Part shown: in pieces, positions 1 to 10,145 of the stretch
Numbering within the stretch: position 1 is the first letter of the stretch
How the letters are laid out: every line of letters begins with the position of its first letter
Assembly (NCBI GenBank): GCA_963735035.1
Contig: CAVTJJ010000004.1
Coordinates: forward strand, 1,024,001 to 1,088,000
Length of the DNA stretch: 64,000 bases
Origin: an uncultured candidate division Zixibacteria bacterium
GTDB taxonomy: Bacteria > Zixibacteria > MSB-5A5 > GN15 > FEB-12
Direction of reading: 5' to 3'
Position numbers and translations under genes: made by a program
The notes under the pieces: generated by a model
Databases searched by the model: none
What the model was told of the DNA's origin: nothing
What the model saw: the letters and a program-made list of their open reading frames with translations, nothing else

Positions 1-1
1 G

Positions 2-1348
2 CCCCAGTTGTACGTCGATGAAGCCGTCAACGGCATATACTTCCTGCTCCTGTCGCAGCATGCTCCGCTGTCGGAGAAATTGCTTTCCATACTGTCGCGG
101 ATGAAGGCTGTTCCTGACCTGTTCGAGACCGCCCGCCAGAATCTCAAGCATCCCCCCAAAGTCTATCTCGATCTGGCCGGCGAGTCATTGGAGTCGGCAC
201 AGACTTTCTATCAGGATGTGGCCGGCGAACTGATGCGCCAGATTCCCGACCGGGCCGATGAAATCCTTCAGGTATCCACGCGGGCGCGTGAATCCATGAA
301 TGATTTTGCCGGTTTTCTGAGTGGCCTGCAGGCTGGTCCCGACACGGCCATCGCTATAGGGAAAGTCAATTTCGACTACATGCTGTCGCACACCCACTTT
401 CTCAATTTCGGTTCTGATTCCCTTCTGGCGCTGGGAGAAAATCTGCTCGCCCAGGCGCAGAACGATTACGCCGAATATCAGAAATATGTCGACGAGAACC
501 GCCAGACCGGGCGCGACTCCATTTTTGTCCCTGCCAGTTTCTGCAAGAAAGACGTCCTCGACTATTACCAGTGGGAAACGAATCAACTGCGCGTGTTCCT
601 GACAGATAATAACATCCTCAATATACCGGACGATATCGCGCCGGTAGAAGTCGTGGAGATACCGCCGTTCCTTAAGAGCATGGTGGCCGGAATAGCCTAT
701 CAGGGAGGCGGTCCTTTCGATCAGGTGCAGCGTGGTATTTTCTACGTACGTCCGATTCAGGATACCCTGGATCCGATACAGCGCGATGCCTGGTACCGGT
801 ATGTGCATCGTCGCGGCTTCAAAGGCTCAGCCGTGCACGAGGCCTATCCGGGTCACCACCTGCAGATGCAAATGGCCGGGCGGAACCGGTCCCCGATCCG
901 GAAATGGCAGTCGAACACGATGATGATCGAAGGTTGGGCGCTGTACTCCGAAGAGTTGATGTACCAGGCTGGACTCTATGGTGATGAAGACCCCGCGATG
1001 TGGCTCGCCATCCTTGGGGGAATCCGCTACCGCGCGGCGCGAATAGTCGCCGATGTCAAACTTCAGACCGGTCAGTTCACCTACGATCAGTGTGCAGAGT
1101 GGATGATTCAGACGCTCTGCGCCGAATCTGAATCTGACAAAGAGTACCATCGGAAGATGGTCCGCAAGTACACTTTGACGCCTACCAACTGGATGGCTTA
1201 TCTGGTCGGCAAAATCGAGATCGAGCGACTACGCGATGACGTCATGAATCGCGACGGCGACGAGTACAACGAGGGCATGTTTTACGATCAGTTGCTGTCG
1301 CTCGGTTCGATCCCACCCGCTCTGGCGCGGGAGGCGTTCGGACTGTAA
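2..1348 (+). CDS. DUF885 family protein (putative metallopeptidase-like), 5' end outside the window
   Basis: HEAYPGHHLQ, EGWALYSEE, RAARIVADV and YLVGKIEI motifs typical of DUF885; frame open to the window edge. Confidence 0.85.
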   Translation, partial: PQLYVDEAVNGIYFLLLSQHAPLSEKLLSILSRMKAVPDLFETARQNLKHPPKVYLDLAGESLESAQTFYQDVAGELMRQIPDRADEILQVSTRARESMNDFAGFLSGLQAGPDTAIAIGKVNFDYMLSHTHFLNFGSDSLLALGENLLAQAQNDYAEYQKYVDENRQTGRDSIFVPASFCKKDVLDYYQWETNQLRVFLTDNNILNIPDDIAPVEVVEIPPFLKSMVAGIAYQGGGPFDQVQRGIFYVRPIQDTLDPIQRDAWYRYVHRRGFKGSAVHEAYPGHHLQMQMAGRNRSPIRKWQSNTMMIEGWALYSEELMYQAGLYGDEDPAMWLAILGGIRYRAARIVADVKLQTGQFTYDQCAEWMIQTLCAESESDKEYHRKMVRKYTLTPTNWMAYLVGKIEIERLRDDVMNRDGDEYNEGMFYDQLLSLGSIPPALAREAFGL

Positions 1349-1586
1349 TAATGCCGACCTGAGCGGCTGACTCTCGCTCACAGGCTGGTAAGGTCGTGTT
1401 GCGGATTTGAGACAAGCCCGTAACCAGCTTTGCGCCAATAAAATACCGGAAACGCTTTCAGGGCAGGCTAAGAGAGGAAAATGATTCCTGGTCTCTTAGA
1501 ACCAAGCTCCTACCGGGCAAGAAGATAGAGGATAGAACTCCCTTTTTCGCTGTTGCACACTCCAACCGCTTCGTATATTGAGACAT

Positions 1587-2075
1587 ATGGCTGGGAATAT
1601 GATGTGGGCTCCTTGGAGAGCCGCCTTTATTTTGGGCAAGAAAGAGAAGGGGTGTGTCTTCTGCAACCGGCTCGGGATGAAGGATACGGTCGAAAGCCTG
1701 ATACTTTATCGCGGCGAGAAGAACTTCGTCATTCTCAACAAATATCCTTACAACTCCGGTCATACGCTGGTGGTCCCCAATCGACACGTGGGACAGCTCG
1801 AAAAACTTACTGAAGCCGAAGCCGTTGAGTTCTTCGATCTGACTCGCAAGAGCGTCGCGATCATCAAGAATACTCTGAAGCCGCAGGCTCTGAACGTAGG
1901 TATGAATCTCGGCCGGATGTCCGGCGCCGGCATTCCGGGACACTTGCACATGCACATCGTTCCGCGCTGGAATGGTGACACTAACTTCATGCCGGTTCTC
2001 GGTCGTACTTCCGTAATTTCTGTTCCCCTGGAGCCCATCTGGAAAAAGCTTCGTCGGGAGTTCAGCCGCCTATGA
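1587..2075 (+). CDS. HIT-family nucleotide hydrolase (Ap4A phosphorylase/Fhit-like)
   Basis: WAPWR, CVFC, LNKYPYNSGH, HLHMHIVPRW histidine triad; ATG at 1587 lies 7 nt after TATATT. Confidence 0.9.
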   Translation: MAGNMMWAPWRAAFILGKKEKGCVFCNRLGMKDTVESLILYRGEKNFVILNKYPYNSGHTLVVPNRHVGQLEKLTEAEAVEFFDLTRKSVAIIKNTLKPQALNVGMNLGRMSGAGIPGHLHMHIVPRWNGDTNFMPVLGRTSVISVPLEPIWKKLRREFSRL

Positions 2076-3670
2076 AGAAGGGTACGATCCCGACCAAGTC
2101 GGAGCTGCTCCGACTTCAGAAGCTTTACAAGACCGACGAGAAGATCGGTGAGCGGTTGGGTGGCGCCCCGGCCTATCTGGTGGCCTACTGGCGGCGCAAG
2201 AAGGATGTCCCCAAGTATTCGCTGCCCAAGTTCTCTGAAATTGAAGTCCGAAATCTCTGGGAGCGATACGGTGACGACGAAAAGGCCGGACTTGAGTTGG
2301 GCATTTCCAAAGCCGCCTTTTACAATTGGCGCCGTCGCTATGGATTGCGACAGAAGCCGGAATTTCTCAAGCTCGAGCAATTGGAACTGAATTTCCCCGG
2401 CATGGTGGTGCCGTCGCACGCCAATTCTCTTTATGGACATCGGACCGTGGCGCAAAAGATTCTCGCAAGGCTGGCTGAACTTGAGCAAGTAGAGGTCGGA
2501 CAGGAAGTGGAAATCGAGCCTGATCTGACCGTCACGCCCGGCGGCGCAGCTCCGGCAGTGCGAGAGTTCCTCCGCCAGTCGGAACATGTCTGGAATCCAT
2601 CCCGTATTGTTCTTCTTCCCGGTCACGCCCCTGAGGATGCAAGCAGTTCGATCTCCGAGGGACATCAGCAAGTGCGGGATTTCGCCCGTAGGCAGAGTAT
2701 CAAAGCGTTCTACGATCTTCAGGAAGGCAACTGCCCGCAGATTGCTCTAGAGCGTGGTTATGTTACCCCGGGCAGTCTGATTATCGGTACCGGACGACAG
2801 ACCCTTGTTTACGGTGCGTTGTCGGCGATGGCTGTGACCGTCAGCCCCGCCGAGCTGGCAGCCGCGTGGGTAGGAGGCAAGCATCGTATCGTCGTGCCTG
2901 AGACGGTTCGCATTGTTATCAGCGGTCGCCGGGCGCGTGGTGTGAACGCGGTGGATATCGCTCTTTGTGTGATCAAACGACTGGCCGGAGAGGATCTCTC
3001 GGGCCGCGTCATCGAATACACCGGCGGTGTCATCTCACAGATGTCAATCGGCGAGCGCTGCACCCTGGCGGACGTTGTCCGCCGACACCGGGGCGTTCGC
3101 GGCGTGTGCGCCTATGATGCCACGACCCGTCGCTATCTGACCGGGCGAACTATGAATCGGTTCCAGCCGGTGATCCCGGACAAGGACGCCGAGTACCGGC
3201 AGATGTACCAGATTAACATCGATCAACTGACTCCACAGGGAGCGCCGCTCAATAAATTGTCGGAGGCTCGCGCCATCGCCGAGTTGCGAGACCTGCCGAT
3301 CCAACACATTCTGCTCGGGGGCTGTACTTGCGGACGTTTAGAGGATCTTCGGATCGCCGCTGAAATTATTCGCGGTCACGAAGTTCACGAAGGTTGTCGG
3401 CTTTATATCGTCCCCGGTTCACGCGCGGTCTTTCTCGAAGCGCTAAAGAAGGGGCTGATCCGGGTATTCGTCGAGGCCGGAGCGATTGTGGATCACCCCG
3501 GAAGTCTGATCGCTCTCCCTGCCCACACCGCGGGGGAGAAGGGCTTGACCACGTTTCGACTCGACTCTTCCGGACTCTCCGATGCTGATATAACGTTCTG
3601 TTCACCCGCGACCGCGGCGGCGTCGGCACTCCACGGTGTCATCACCGATCCGACCGGGTACGGACGGTAG
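2072..3670 (+). CDS. Tandem HTH domain fused to a degenerate aconitase/LeuC-family large subunit
   Basis: TVAQKILAR, GGCTCGRLEDLRIAAEI and SPATAAASALHGVITDP match LeuC/HacA; N-terminal ~105 aa holds two HTH-like repeats; catalytic and Fe-S motifs altered; ATGA overlap with the HIT gene. Confidence 0.8.
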   Translation: MKKGTIPTKSELLRLQKLYKTDEKIGERLGGAPAYLVAYWRRKKDVPKYSLPKFSEIEVRNLWERYGDDEKAGLELGISKAAFYNWRRRYGLRQKPEFLKLEQLELNFPGMVVPSHANSLYGHRTVAQKILARLAELEQVEVGQEVEIEPDLTVTPGGAAPAVREFLRQSEHVWNPSRIVLLPGHAPEDASSSISEGHQQVRDFARRQSIKAFYDLQEGNCPQIALERGYVTPGSLIIGTGRQTLVYGALSAMAVTVSPAELAAAWVGGKHRIVVPETVRIVISGRRARGVNAVDIALCVIKRLAGEDLSGRVIEYTGGVISQMSIGERCTLADVVRRHRGVRGVCAYDATTRRYLTGRTMNRFQPVIPDKDAEYRQMYQINIDQLTPQGAPLNKLSEARAIAELRDLPIQHILLGGCTCGRLEDLRIAAEIIRGHEVHEGCRLYIVPGSRAVFLEALKKGLIRVFVEAGAIVDHPGSLIALPAHTAGEKGLTTFRLDSSGLSDADITFCSPATAAASALHGVITDPTGYGR

Positions 3671-3900
3671 GACTTTACCTCGATTCATCGGGTCTTCGGC
3701 CCTCGAGCGTATTTCAAATAGACTCGGGACTCTTGCTCTTCATCATTTTTTTATTTACAGCCTCATTTGAGGCTTGTAGGTTCTTTGCCGCTGAAGCTCT
3801 ATTTATGTGTGGCTCGGCGAATGGAAACTTGGCTGTACGACAGAGACAATGGACAGATAACCGATAGCGGGAACACGGACGAACCTTTCAAGGAGGTGTT

Positions 3901-4551
3901 ATGAGAAAAGCAATAGCGGTGACATTGTTGATGGTGATTCTCTCAAGTGCCAGTGTCGCACTTGCCGGAGAAATGAAGCCCGCCTTTTACTTAGGTGGCG
4001 GCCTGACTATGCCGATGAGCCCGAAGTTCCTTAGCGACAACTATAACATGGGTATTAGTGGGGCAGGTCGTGTCGGTTTTGCTCTCTCTCCAGCGGTTGA
4101 ATTGGGTTTTTCAATTGGCTACAACATCATCCCGATGGATGATGCGAAGCGTACGGCATGGATCGAGTCAGCGTTGGGAGAGCCGCTTCCAGTAGGTGTA
4201 ACTGTCGATGGTCTTAGCGGCAAGGCCCTCGAATTTTTGGCTGATGCCAAATATGTGTTTGGTGAGAGCGCCGAGGCAAAACCGTTTGCCCCGTACATGC
4301 TTGCGGCTCTTGGGATGACCAAGACTTCATGGGGTGACATTACTATGTCCGGTGGAGGACTAAGTGTATCGATTCCGGTCCCCGGAAGCTCGACTGATTT
4401 TACTCTGGGATTTGGCGCCGGATTCCAGTACATGTTCGGCCCGAAGGTCGGGTTCTGGCTTGACGGCAAGTATATGGTAATCTTGACCGAAGGCGAGAGT
4501 ACGGCTCATCTGCCAATACGCGCCGGCCTCAAGTTCATGCTCGGCCAGTAA
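3901..4551 (+). CDS. Outer-membrane beta-barrel protein (OmpA/OmpW-like 8-stranded)
   Basis: AGGAGG RBS, signal peptide, alternating amphipathic strands (FYLGGG, PYMLAALG, GFGAGFQY, RAGLKF). Confidence 0.75.
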   Translation: MRKAIAVTLLMVILSSASVALAGEMKPAFYLGGGLTMPMSPKFLSDNYNMGISGAGRVGFALSPAVELGFSIGYNIIPMDDAKRTAWIESALGEPLPVGVTVDGLSGKALEFLADAKYVFGESAEAKPFAPYMLAALGMTKTSWGDITMSGGGLSVSIPVPGSSTDFTLGFGAGFQYMFGPKVGFWLDGKYMVILTEGESTAHLPIRAGLKFMLGQ

Positions 4552-4576
4552 GTCAATCCGCGTTCTTCGAGGTCTG

Positions 4577-4607
4577 AAAGCCCCGCCCTTGTGCGGGGTT
4601 TTCTTTT
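4577..4607 (+). terminator. Rho-independent terminator
   Basis: aaagCCCCGC-ccttgt-GCGGGG followed by ttttctttt downstream of the barrel gene. Confidence 0.8.
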
Positions 4608-4654
4608 GCCAGCTTTTTGTTGCCTCCTGGACCAAGTGCGCTGCTAGGTAAGGG

Positions 4655-5623
4655 GTGGAAACGAGAGACGCGGTAGCCTTCGATCTTACCGATGTTCGCA
4701 CCCGAGCCGAATTGCTTCCACTTTGTCGTCTCGGACCCGGTGAACTGTGGCGCGACCCGGTCAACGGCCATATCGTCGCCTGCGGCGACGCCACCGATGC
4801 GGATTTCATCCGTTCAATATTCTCTGATGAGACGCGCCCGACCCTGGCCCTTCACGACCCACCCTACAATATGGTCGCGTTTGATCGTCGCCCTGTTACG
4901 GAATACGTCGACTGGTGCCGCAAGTGGATCGACCTTACGCATGACCTGCTTGCTGATGACAGCGCTCTCTATATCTGGCTGGGGGCGGATCAGAAGAATC
5001 ATTTCCAGCCGTTGCCGCAGTTCATGGCGATGATGGCCGATACCAGATTCGATTCGCGGTCATTCATCACGATGCGCAATCAACGTGGATACGGTACGCA
5101 AAAGAACTGGATGGCCGTACGTCAGGAGCTGCTGTATTACATCAAAGGTCAGCCGTCGTTTCAGGTCCAGTACACTGATATTCCCAAAATCCTTCGCGGA
5201 TATTACAAAGAAGTCAACGGCGCCCGCACCGAGAATCTGGAACGCTCACACTCCGATTGTATTCGTCCGGGCAACGTCTGGGTGGATATCCAGCAGGTGT
5301 TCTATCGCATGGAAGAAAATGTCCCCGGTTGTTACGCGCAGAAGCCGCTGAAGGCGATCGAGCGGATCGTGGCGTCGTCATCACAACCGGGGGATACGGT
5401 GATAGATTTCTTCGCCCATTCCGGCACGACTGTGCTCGCGTGCGAGCGACTGGGACGGCGCTGTGTGACGATTGATATTGATCCGATCTTCGCGGAGATT
5501 ACCATCCGTCGACTGGAGCATTATCGTGCGACCGGTAGAACCGGCTGGCAGAGGGAGAGCCCGTTTAGTGCGGACGTAGTCCCAGAGAAGTCGGCAGATG
5601 TGGGCATCTGCCGGGCACGCTGA
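4655..5623 (+). CDS. Site-specific DNA methyltransferase (N6-adenine/N4-cytosine, beta class), orphan
   Basis: DPPY catalytic motif precedes the DFFAHSGTT SAM-binding motif; QKPLKAIERIV. Confidence 0.9.
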   Translation: METRDAVAFDLTDVRTRAELLPLCRLGPGELWRDPVNGHIVACGDATDADFIRSIFSDETRPTLALHDPPYNMVAFDRRPVTEYVDWCRKWIDLTHDLLADDSALYIWLGADQKNHFQPLPQFMAMMADTRFDSRSFITMRNQRGYGTQKNWMAVRQELLYYIKGQPSFQVQYTDIPKILRGYYKEVNGARTENLERSHSDCIRPGNVWVDIQQVFYRMEENVPGCYAQKPLKAIERIVASSSQPGDTVIDFFAHSGTTVLACERLGRRCVTIDIDPIFAEITIRRLEHYRATGRTGWQRESPFSADVVPEKSADVGICRAR

Positions 5624-5865
5624 TCCCATAGGGCGGGTCCGCTTCGAACCCGCCATCTTACGCTCTTGGGGCAGACGAGGATGTCCGCCGCCCACGCATG
5701 ACCGCAGAGAAGTCGGCAGATGTGGACATCTGCCAGGCACGGTGATCCCGTAGGGCGGGTCCGCTTCGAACCCGCCATCTTACGCTCTTGGGGCAGACGA
5801 GGACATCTGCCGCCCACGCATGACCTCAGAGAAGTCGGCAGATGTGGGCATCTGCCGGGCACGGT
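5584..5865. repeat. Tandem array of 122-bp composite palindromic units (about 2.3 copies)
   Basis: Units start agagaagtcggcagatg at 5584, 5706 and 5828; each full unit carries three hairpins, including (g/a)tagggcgggtccgcttcgaacccgcc. Confidence 0.95.
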
Positions 5866-5972
5866 AATGTTGAAAAGTCACGATAGCGGGCAGGAACAAG
5901 GGGGCGAGTCAATAGTCACTTAGAGAAGCCGGCTTGTAAGCATGTTTGGAGCGACAGACCGCTCGCTTCGGC

Positions 5973-6647
5973 TCAGAAGTGATAAGTAAGTTGCGCCCCC
6001 ACGCCTTTCTTGGTTGGCCCAAGATCAAAACCCAGAACTTCTTCATCGCTTTGTATTTCGATGAGATGGCCAAAGCCGGGGTTAGCTTTCTTGTTCATTC
6101 TGCTCGCGGTAATAGGGGCGTCAATCATTGACCAGATGGCCGCTCCTCCCGCTAAGCCCAACCCCACATACCACCAGGTGGTAGTTTCGGTCACGACATG
6201 ATCGTAGTACCCACCCCGGTTCGGGTCGAAGCGGGACTCCGTGCGATTATCATACCCCAGACCGAATAACGTAACTGCACCGCCGACGTACACGGTTGTC
6301 TGTATAATACCTTTAGTTGTCTGGCCATTGTAGTATTGACCACCGCCTGGTATCAAGAAGGAGAGCAGAAATGACAGGGTTGGTGATTTTGCTTTGGTTC
6401 CTGCCGCAGGTTGAAAGGATTCGATCTCCTCTGTATATATCTTCTGGACATTTGCCATTTCATAAGAGAAGATCTTGCCGTCGTCAGTCTGAATCTTCAG
6501 CGACACATTCGGTACTTGTTCGATTATCGTGCCCCGGACAACGGAGCCATCTTTCAGTTGCACCACATCTTGCGCGGTTTGTTGAGCCAGGGAGCAAGTA
6601 TTTGCCAGCAGCATTCCGAAGAAACACAGCAGGAAACTCTTGAACAT
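5973..6647 (-). CDS. Exported/membrane hypothetical protein with a TM2-like segment
   Basis: GGAGG RBS before ATG 6647, signal peptide, DVVQLKDGSVVRGTIIE module, KSPTLSFLLSFLIPGGGQYYNGQ motif. Confidence 0.7.
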   Translation of the reverse strand: MFKSFLLCFFGMLLANTCSLAQQTAQDVVQLKDGSVVRGTIIEQVPNVSLKIQTDDGKIFSYEMANVQKIYTEEIESFQPAAGTKAKSPTLSFLLSFLIPGGGQYYNGQTTKGIIQTTVYVGGAVTLFGLGYDNRTESRFDPNRGGYYDHVVTETTTWWYVGLGLAGGAAIWSMIDAPITASRMNKKANPGFGHLIEIQSDEEVLGFDLGPTKKGVGAQLTYHF

Positions 6648-6692
6648 ACCTTCCTCCAAATCATGTCGAAGTCGCGAACCTGTCTCCACTAT

Positions 6693-6721
6693 AGACTAAT
6701 CACTTGACGTCCACACGTCAA
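6693..6721 (-). promoter_or_regulatory. Sigma70-like promoter overlapped by an inverted repeat
   Basis: TTGACG-17nt-TAGTCT on the minus strand; cttgacgt-ccac-acgtcaag palindrome covers the -35 and spacer. Confidence 0.55.
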
Positions 6722-6749
6722 GGGGTATTGGTTTCGCATTGTATGACGA

Positions 6750-7006
6750 GGTCTTGTAGATCGAAACCAGCCCGCTTCGGGCGGATTCGACACTCACGAT
6801 AGCAGAACCACGGGGTCATGCTCTGCAACTAATCTACATGTCGAAACCGTCCGCCAAGGGCGGCCTGGTTTCGACCTACAACTATCGAAACATCCAAATC
6901 AGAGCTGTGAACTACGGGTTGCAGAGAAGTCGGCAGATGTGGACATCTGCCGGGCACGTTAGTAAGTCACCCTGAGCCCTGAGCTTGCCGAAGGGTCGAA
7001 GGGTGA
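6750..7006. repeat. REP/REPIN cluster
   Basis: Inverted GTAG...CTAC doublet 6756-6879; agagaagtcggcagatg...gggcacg copy 6923-6958; ctgagc..tcgaag-type palindrome 6966-7006. Confidence 0.85.
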
Positions 7007-7008
7007 TT

Positions 7009-7740
7009 CTACAAAACGACCTGCTTCAGATAACGCAGATCGATCCCCGCGTCGTCCACGCGTCCATATGAGAAGTGTTCGATAAAGTCGCCGGTATTCA
7101 CATATACGCCCTTGTCAAACCTCTTCAACACGGGAATATGCAGGTGGCCGATGAAGACGCCGTCATAGCCATCGCGAAGTTTGTTCTCTGCGAACCGTTC
7201 GTAGTCAGCGGCGAAAGTGTTTTCGCGCCGCGACGAGTATCGTCGCGATGATCTCGACACATACTTGGCCAGGGGGATAGCCCAGTCGGGCGGGAGCCTG
7301 CGATACAGCCAGATATTCACCGGATTGCGCAGGACGCTTTTCAGAATTCGATATCCCTTATCGGCCTCGGCGATACCGTCACCGTGAGTCATGTGCAGTC
7401 GAAGGCCGCCGTACTTGAGATCCAGGTTGTCGCGGTGAAGATATACTCCTATTCGCCTCTGGAAATAGTCATCCATCCAGAAGTCGTGGTTGCCGCTGAC
7501 ATAGTCAACCCTGATGCCGTCGCGAACCAGCTCCCGCAATTGAAGGAGCACGTCGGTGTGTTCTTTCGGGATGGCATGTTTGTATTCGAACCAGAAATCG
7601 AAGAGGTCACCAAGAATGATCAGCCGGTCACCGTCTTTACGGACCAGCGCGATCAGTTCGCTGATCTTCCTGACCTTAGCGTTTTCTTCTTCGTCCGAGC
7701 CACAACCGAGATGAGCGTCGGAGAATACGTAAAGGGCCAT
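7009..7740 (-). CDS. lpxH: UDP-2,3-diacylglucosamine diphosphatase
   Basis: SDAHLG, LGDLFDFWFEY, GNHDFW, HGD, GHLH metallophosphoesterase motifs. Confidence 0.85.
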   Translation of the reverse strand: MALYVFSDAHLGCGSDEEENAKVRKISELIALVRKDGDRLIILGDLFDFWFEYKHAIPKEHTDVLLQLRELVRDGIRVDYVSGNHDFWMDDYFQRRIGVYLHRDNLDLKYGGLRLHMTHGDGIAEADKGYRILKSVLRNPVNIWLYRRLPPDWAIPLAKYVSRSSRRYSSRRENTFAADYERFAENKLRDGYDGVFIGHLHIPVLKRFDKGVYVNTGDFIEHFSYGRVDDAGIDLRYLKQVVL

Positions 7741-7743
7741 GTC

Positions 7744-9990
7744 TTAACCCTTGGTTATTTCCTGCATCATGTGCGGCAGGGCGTTGTACCAATAATCATC
7801 GAGCTCGCTCAGGGGTAGGTCGATCAAACTATTGATCTTCAATCGGTCGCCGCCGACCCGGCCGATTTCCGCCATCGGCAAACTGAGGCGCGAACAGAGT
7901 TCGCGAATGAAGCTGACTTTCTGCGGATCGCACGAGATGATCACTCTCGATTGACTTTCGCCGAACAGGAGACAATCCGGGCGCAGCTTGTCTTCGAGCT
8001 TGATCGTCGCGCCAATTTGATCCTCACGGTTGCTGATGCAACCTTCGGCCAGCGCCACCGCCAGGCCGCCGTCGCTGACATCGTGCGCCGACTTCACCCA
8101 TCCGGATCGGATCGCCGCCAGCACCGCCTGCTGAAGCCGCTTCTCGAAGGCCAGGTCCAGTTCGGGCACCGGGCCACGTGTCTCACCGTGGATGGTGTGT
8201 AGATATTCCGACGCTCCCAGCTCCTCTTTGTTGACGCCGATCAACAGGATGACGTCGCCGTCGCTCTTGAACCACTGGGTCGTGATGTGATCCACGTGCT
8301 CGACCAGGCCGATCATGCCGATGGTCGGTGTCGGAAAGACCGCGCGCTGCGGGTCTTCGTTGTAGAACGAAACATTGCCGCCGGTGACCGGTGTCTCGAA
8401 CACCCGGCAGGCTTCGCCCATCCCGGCGACGGCCTCGGCGAACCCGTAATAGATCTCCGGCTTATACGGATTGCCGAAATTCAGGCAGTTGGTAATTGCG
8501 AGCGGTTTGCCGCCGGAACAGACGATATTTCGCGCCGCCTCGGCCACGGCGCTACGGGCGCCCAGACGCGGATTGAGATAGCAGTAGCGGCCGTTGCAGT
8601 CGGTCGCCATGGCCAGCGCTTTGTCGGTCTTGCGGAGCCGCAACACGGCGGCATCTGAGCCGGGCCCGACCACGGTGTTGGTGCGGACCTGCGAATCGTA
8701 TTGTTCGAACACCCATCCTTTGTGGCACAGGTTGGGGGATGAAAGCATCGTCAGCAGGGTCTCATTCCAGTCGCGGTTGGTCGGATATCGGGAGAGATCG
8801 ATTTGGTTAAGTTCATCGATATACGCCGGCCGCTTGCTCTCGCGATGGTACACCGGCGCGCCGCCACCGAGGACCAACGAGTGCGACGGAATCTGGGCGA
8901 CAATTTCGCCGTTCAGACGGACGGTCATTAGTCCGTCACTGGTGACCTTGCCGACGATTGTCGAATCGAGTCCCCACTTGTCGAACACGGCGCTGACCGC
9001 CTTCTCGTTGCCCTTCTTCACACAGACCAGCATCCGTTCCTGCGATTCGGACAGCAGGATTTCGTACGGGGTCATACCGGTTTCGCGGACGGGGACTTTG
9101 TCGATGTCAAGCAGGATACCGGATTCACCTTTGGCGGACATTTCCGACGACGAACAGGTGAGCCCCGCGGCGCCCATATCCTGAATGCCGACAATCAAAT
9201 CCTGTTCGATGATTTCGAGCGTGGCTTCGAGCAGGAGCTTCTCGGTGAACGGATCGCCGATCTGCACCGAGGGACGTTTCTCCTGTGAGGCTGCGGTGAG
9301 TTCTTCCGAAGCGAACGTGGCGCCATGGATGCCGTCGCGGCCGGTCTTTGAGCCGACCATCATGATCGGGTTGCCCTCGCCCTTGGCGACCGCTGAAGCC
9401 ATCCGGTTGCTCTTGACAATCCCGACCGCCATCGCGTTGACGAGCGGATTGCTGGTGTAGGCATCTTCGAAAATCGTCTCGCCGGCGACGGTCGGTACGC
9501 CGAACGAATTGCCGTAGTCGCCGATCCCGCGCACGACCCCGTCGACCAAATACCGCACACGTGGATTCTTCAGCGAACCGAAACGGAGGGAGTTGAGCGA
9601 AGCAATCGGGCGGGCGCCCATCGTGAAGATATCGCGCATAATGCCACCCACGCCGGTGGCCGCACCCTGATATGGTTCGATTGCCGACGGGTGGTTGTGC
9701 GATTCGATTTTGAAGACGACCGCGAGGCCGTCGCCGATATCAACCGCCCCAGCGTTTTCTTCGCCCGCCTTGGCCAGCAGCGCGGCACCGTCGCGGGGGA
9801 GAGTTTTCAGAAGCGCGATCGAATTCTTGTAGGAACAGTGTTCCGACCACATGACCGAGTAGATACCGAGTTCGGTGAAATTCGGTTCGCGGCCGAGAAC
9901 TTTCTTGATTGATTCGTATTCTTCGTCGGTAAGCCCGTGCTGTTTAATCAGTTCGGGGGTTACTTTCGGTTGGAGAAAAGCTGCGGACAC
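7744..9990 (-). CDS. purL: Phosphoribosylformylglycinamidine synthase subunit PurL (small form)
   Basis: [41 protein letters not shown] start inferred downstream of the promoter. Confidence 0.97.
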   Translation of the reverse strand: MSAAFLQPKVTPELIKQHGLTDEEYESIKKVLGREPNFTELGIYSVMWSEHCSYKNSIALLKTLPRDGAALLAKAGEENAGAVDIGDGLAVVFKIESHNHPSAIEPYQGAATGVGGIMRDIFTMGARPIASLNSLRFGSLKNPRVRYLVDGVVRGIGDYGNSFGVPTVAGETIFEDAYTSNPLVNAMAVGIVKSNRMASAVAKGEGNPIMMVGSKTGRDGIHGATFASEELTAASQEKRPSVQIGDPFTEKLLLEATLEIIEQDLIVGIQDMGAAGLTCSSSEMSAKGESGILLDIDKVPVRETGMTPYEILLSESQERMLVCVKKGNEKAVSAVFDKWGLDSTIVGKVTSDGLMTVRLNGEIVAQIPSHSLVLGGGAPVYHRESKRPAYIDELNQIDLSRYPTNRDWNETLLTMLSSPNLCHKGWVFEQYDSQVRTNTVVGPGSDAAVLRLRKTDKALAMATDCNGRYCYLNPRLGARSAVAEAARNIVCSGGKPLAITNCLNFGNPYKPEIYYGFAEAVAGMGEACRVFETPVTGGNVSFYNEDPQRAVFPTPTIGMIGLVEHVDHITTQWFKSDGDVILLIGVNKEELGASEYLHTIHGETRGPVPELDLAFEKRLQQAVLAAIRSGWVKSAHDVSDGGLAVALAEGCISNREDQIGATIKLEDKLRPDCLLFGESQSRVIISCDPQKVSFIRELCSRLSLPMAEIGRVGGDRLKINSLIDLPLSELDDYWYNALPHMMQEITKG

Positions 9991-10018
9991 AAGCGACCCT
10001 TTCGTAATAGAAAGGGCG

Positions 10019-10047
10019 AATATAGACCCCCCTTGGGGCAGGGTCAA
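10019..10047 (-). promoter_or_regulatory. Sigma70-like promoter of purL-lpxH
   Basis: TTGACC-17nt-TATATT on the minus strand (the ORF-track start codon is the -35 box). Confidence 0.65.
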
Positions 10048-10087
10048 CAGGTAAAGCGACTTAGAATTCCAACGCGGTCAGAGACGC

Positions 10088-10139
10088 GTAGGTCGGGTTC
10101 ACGAGCCGTGAGCACAGCGAACGACGAGCAACCCGACAC
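10088..10139 (+). repeat. GTAG-type REP-like palindrome
   Basis: gtaggtcgggtt ... aacccgac stem with a long loop. Confidence 0.6.
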
Positions 10140-10145
10140 TCGCCT

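Noticed and set aside
5584..5865. CRISPR array
   Set aside because: The sequence between the palindromes is itself repeated (no unique spacers), the period is 122 bp, and no cas genes are present.
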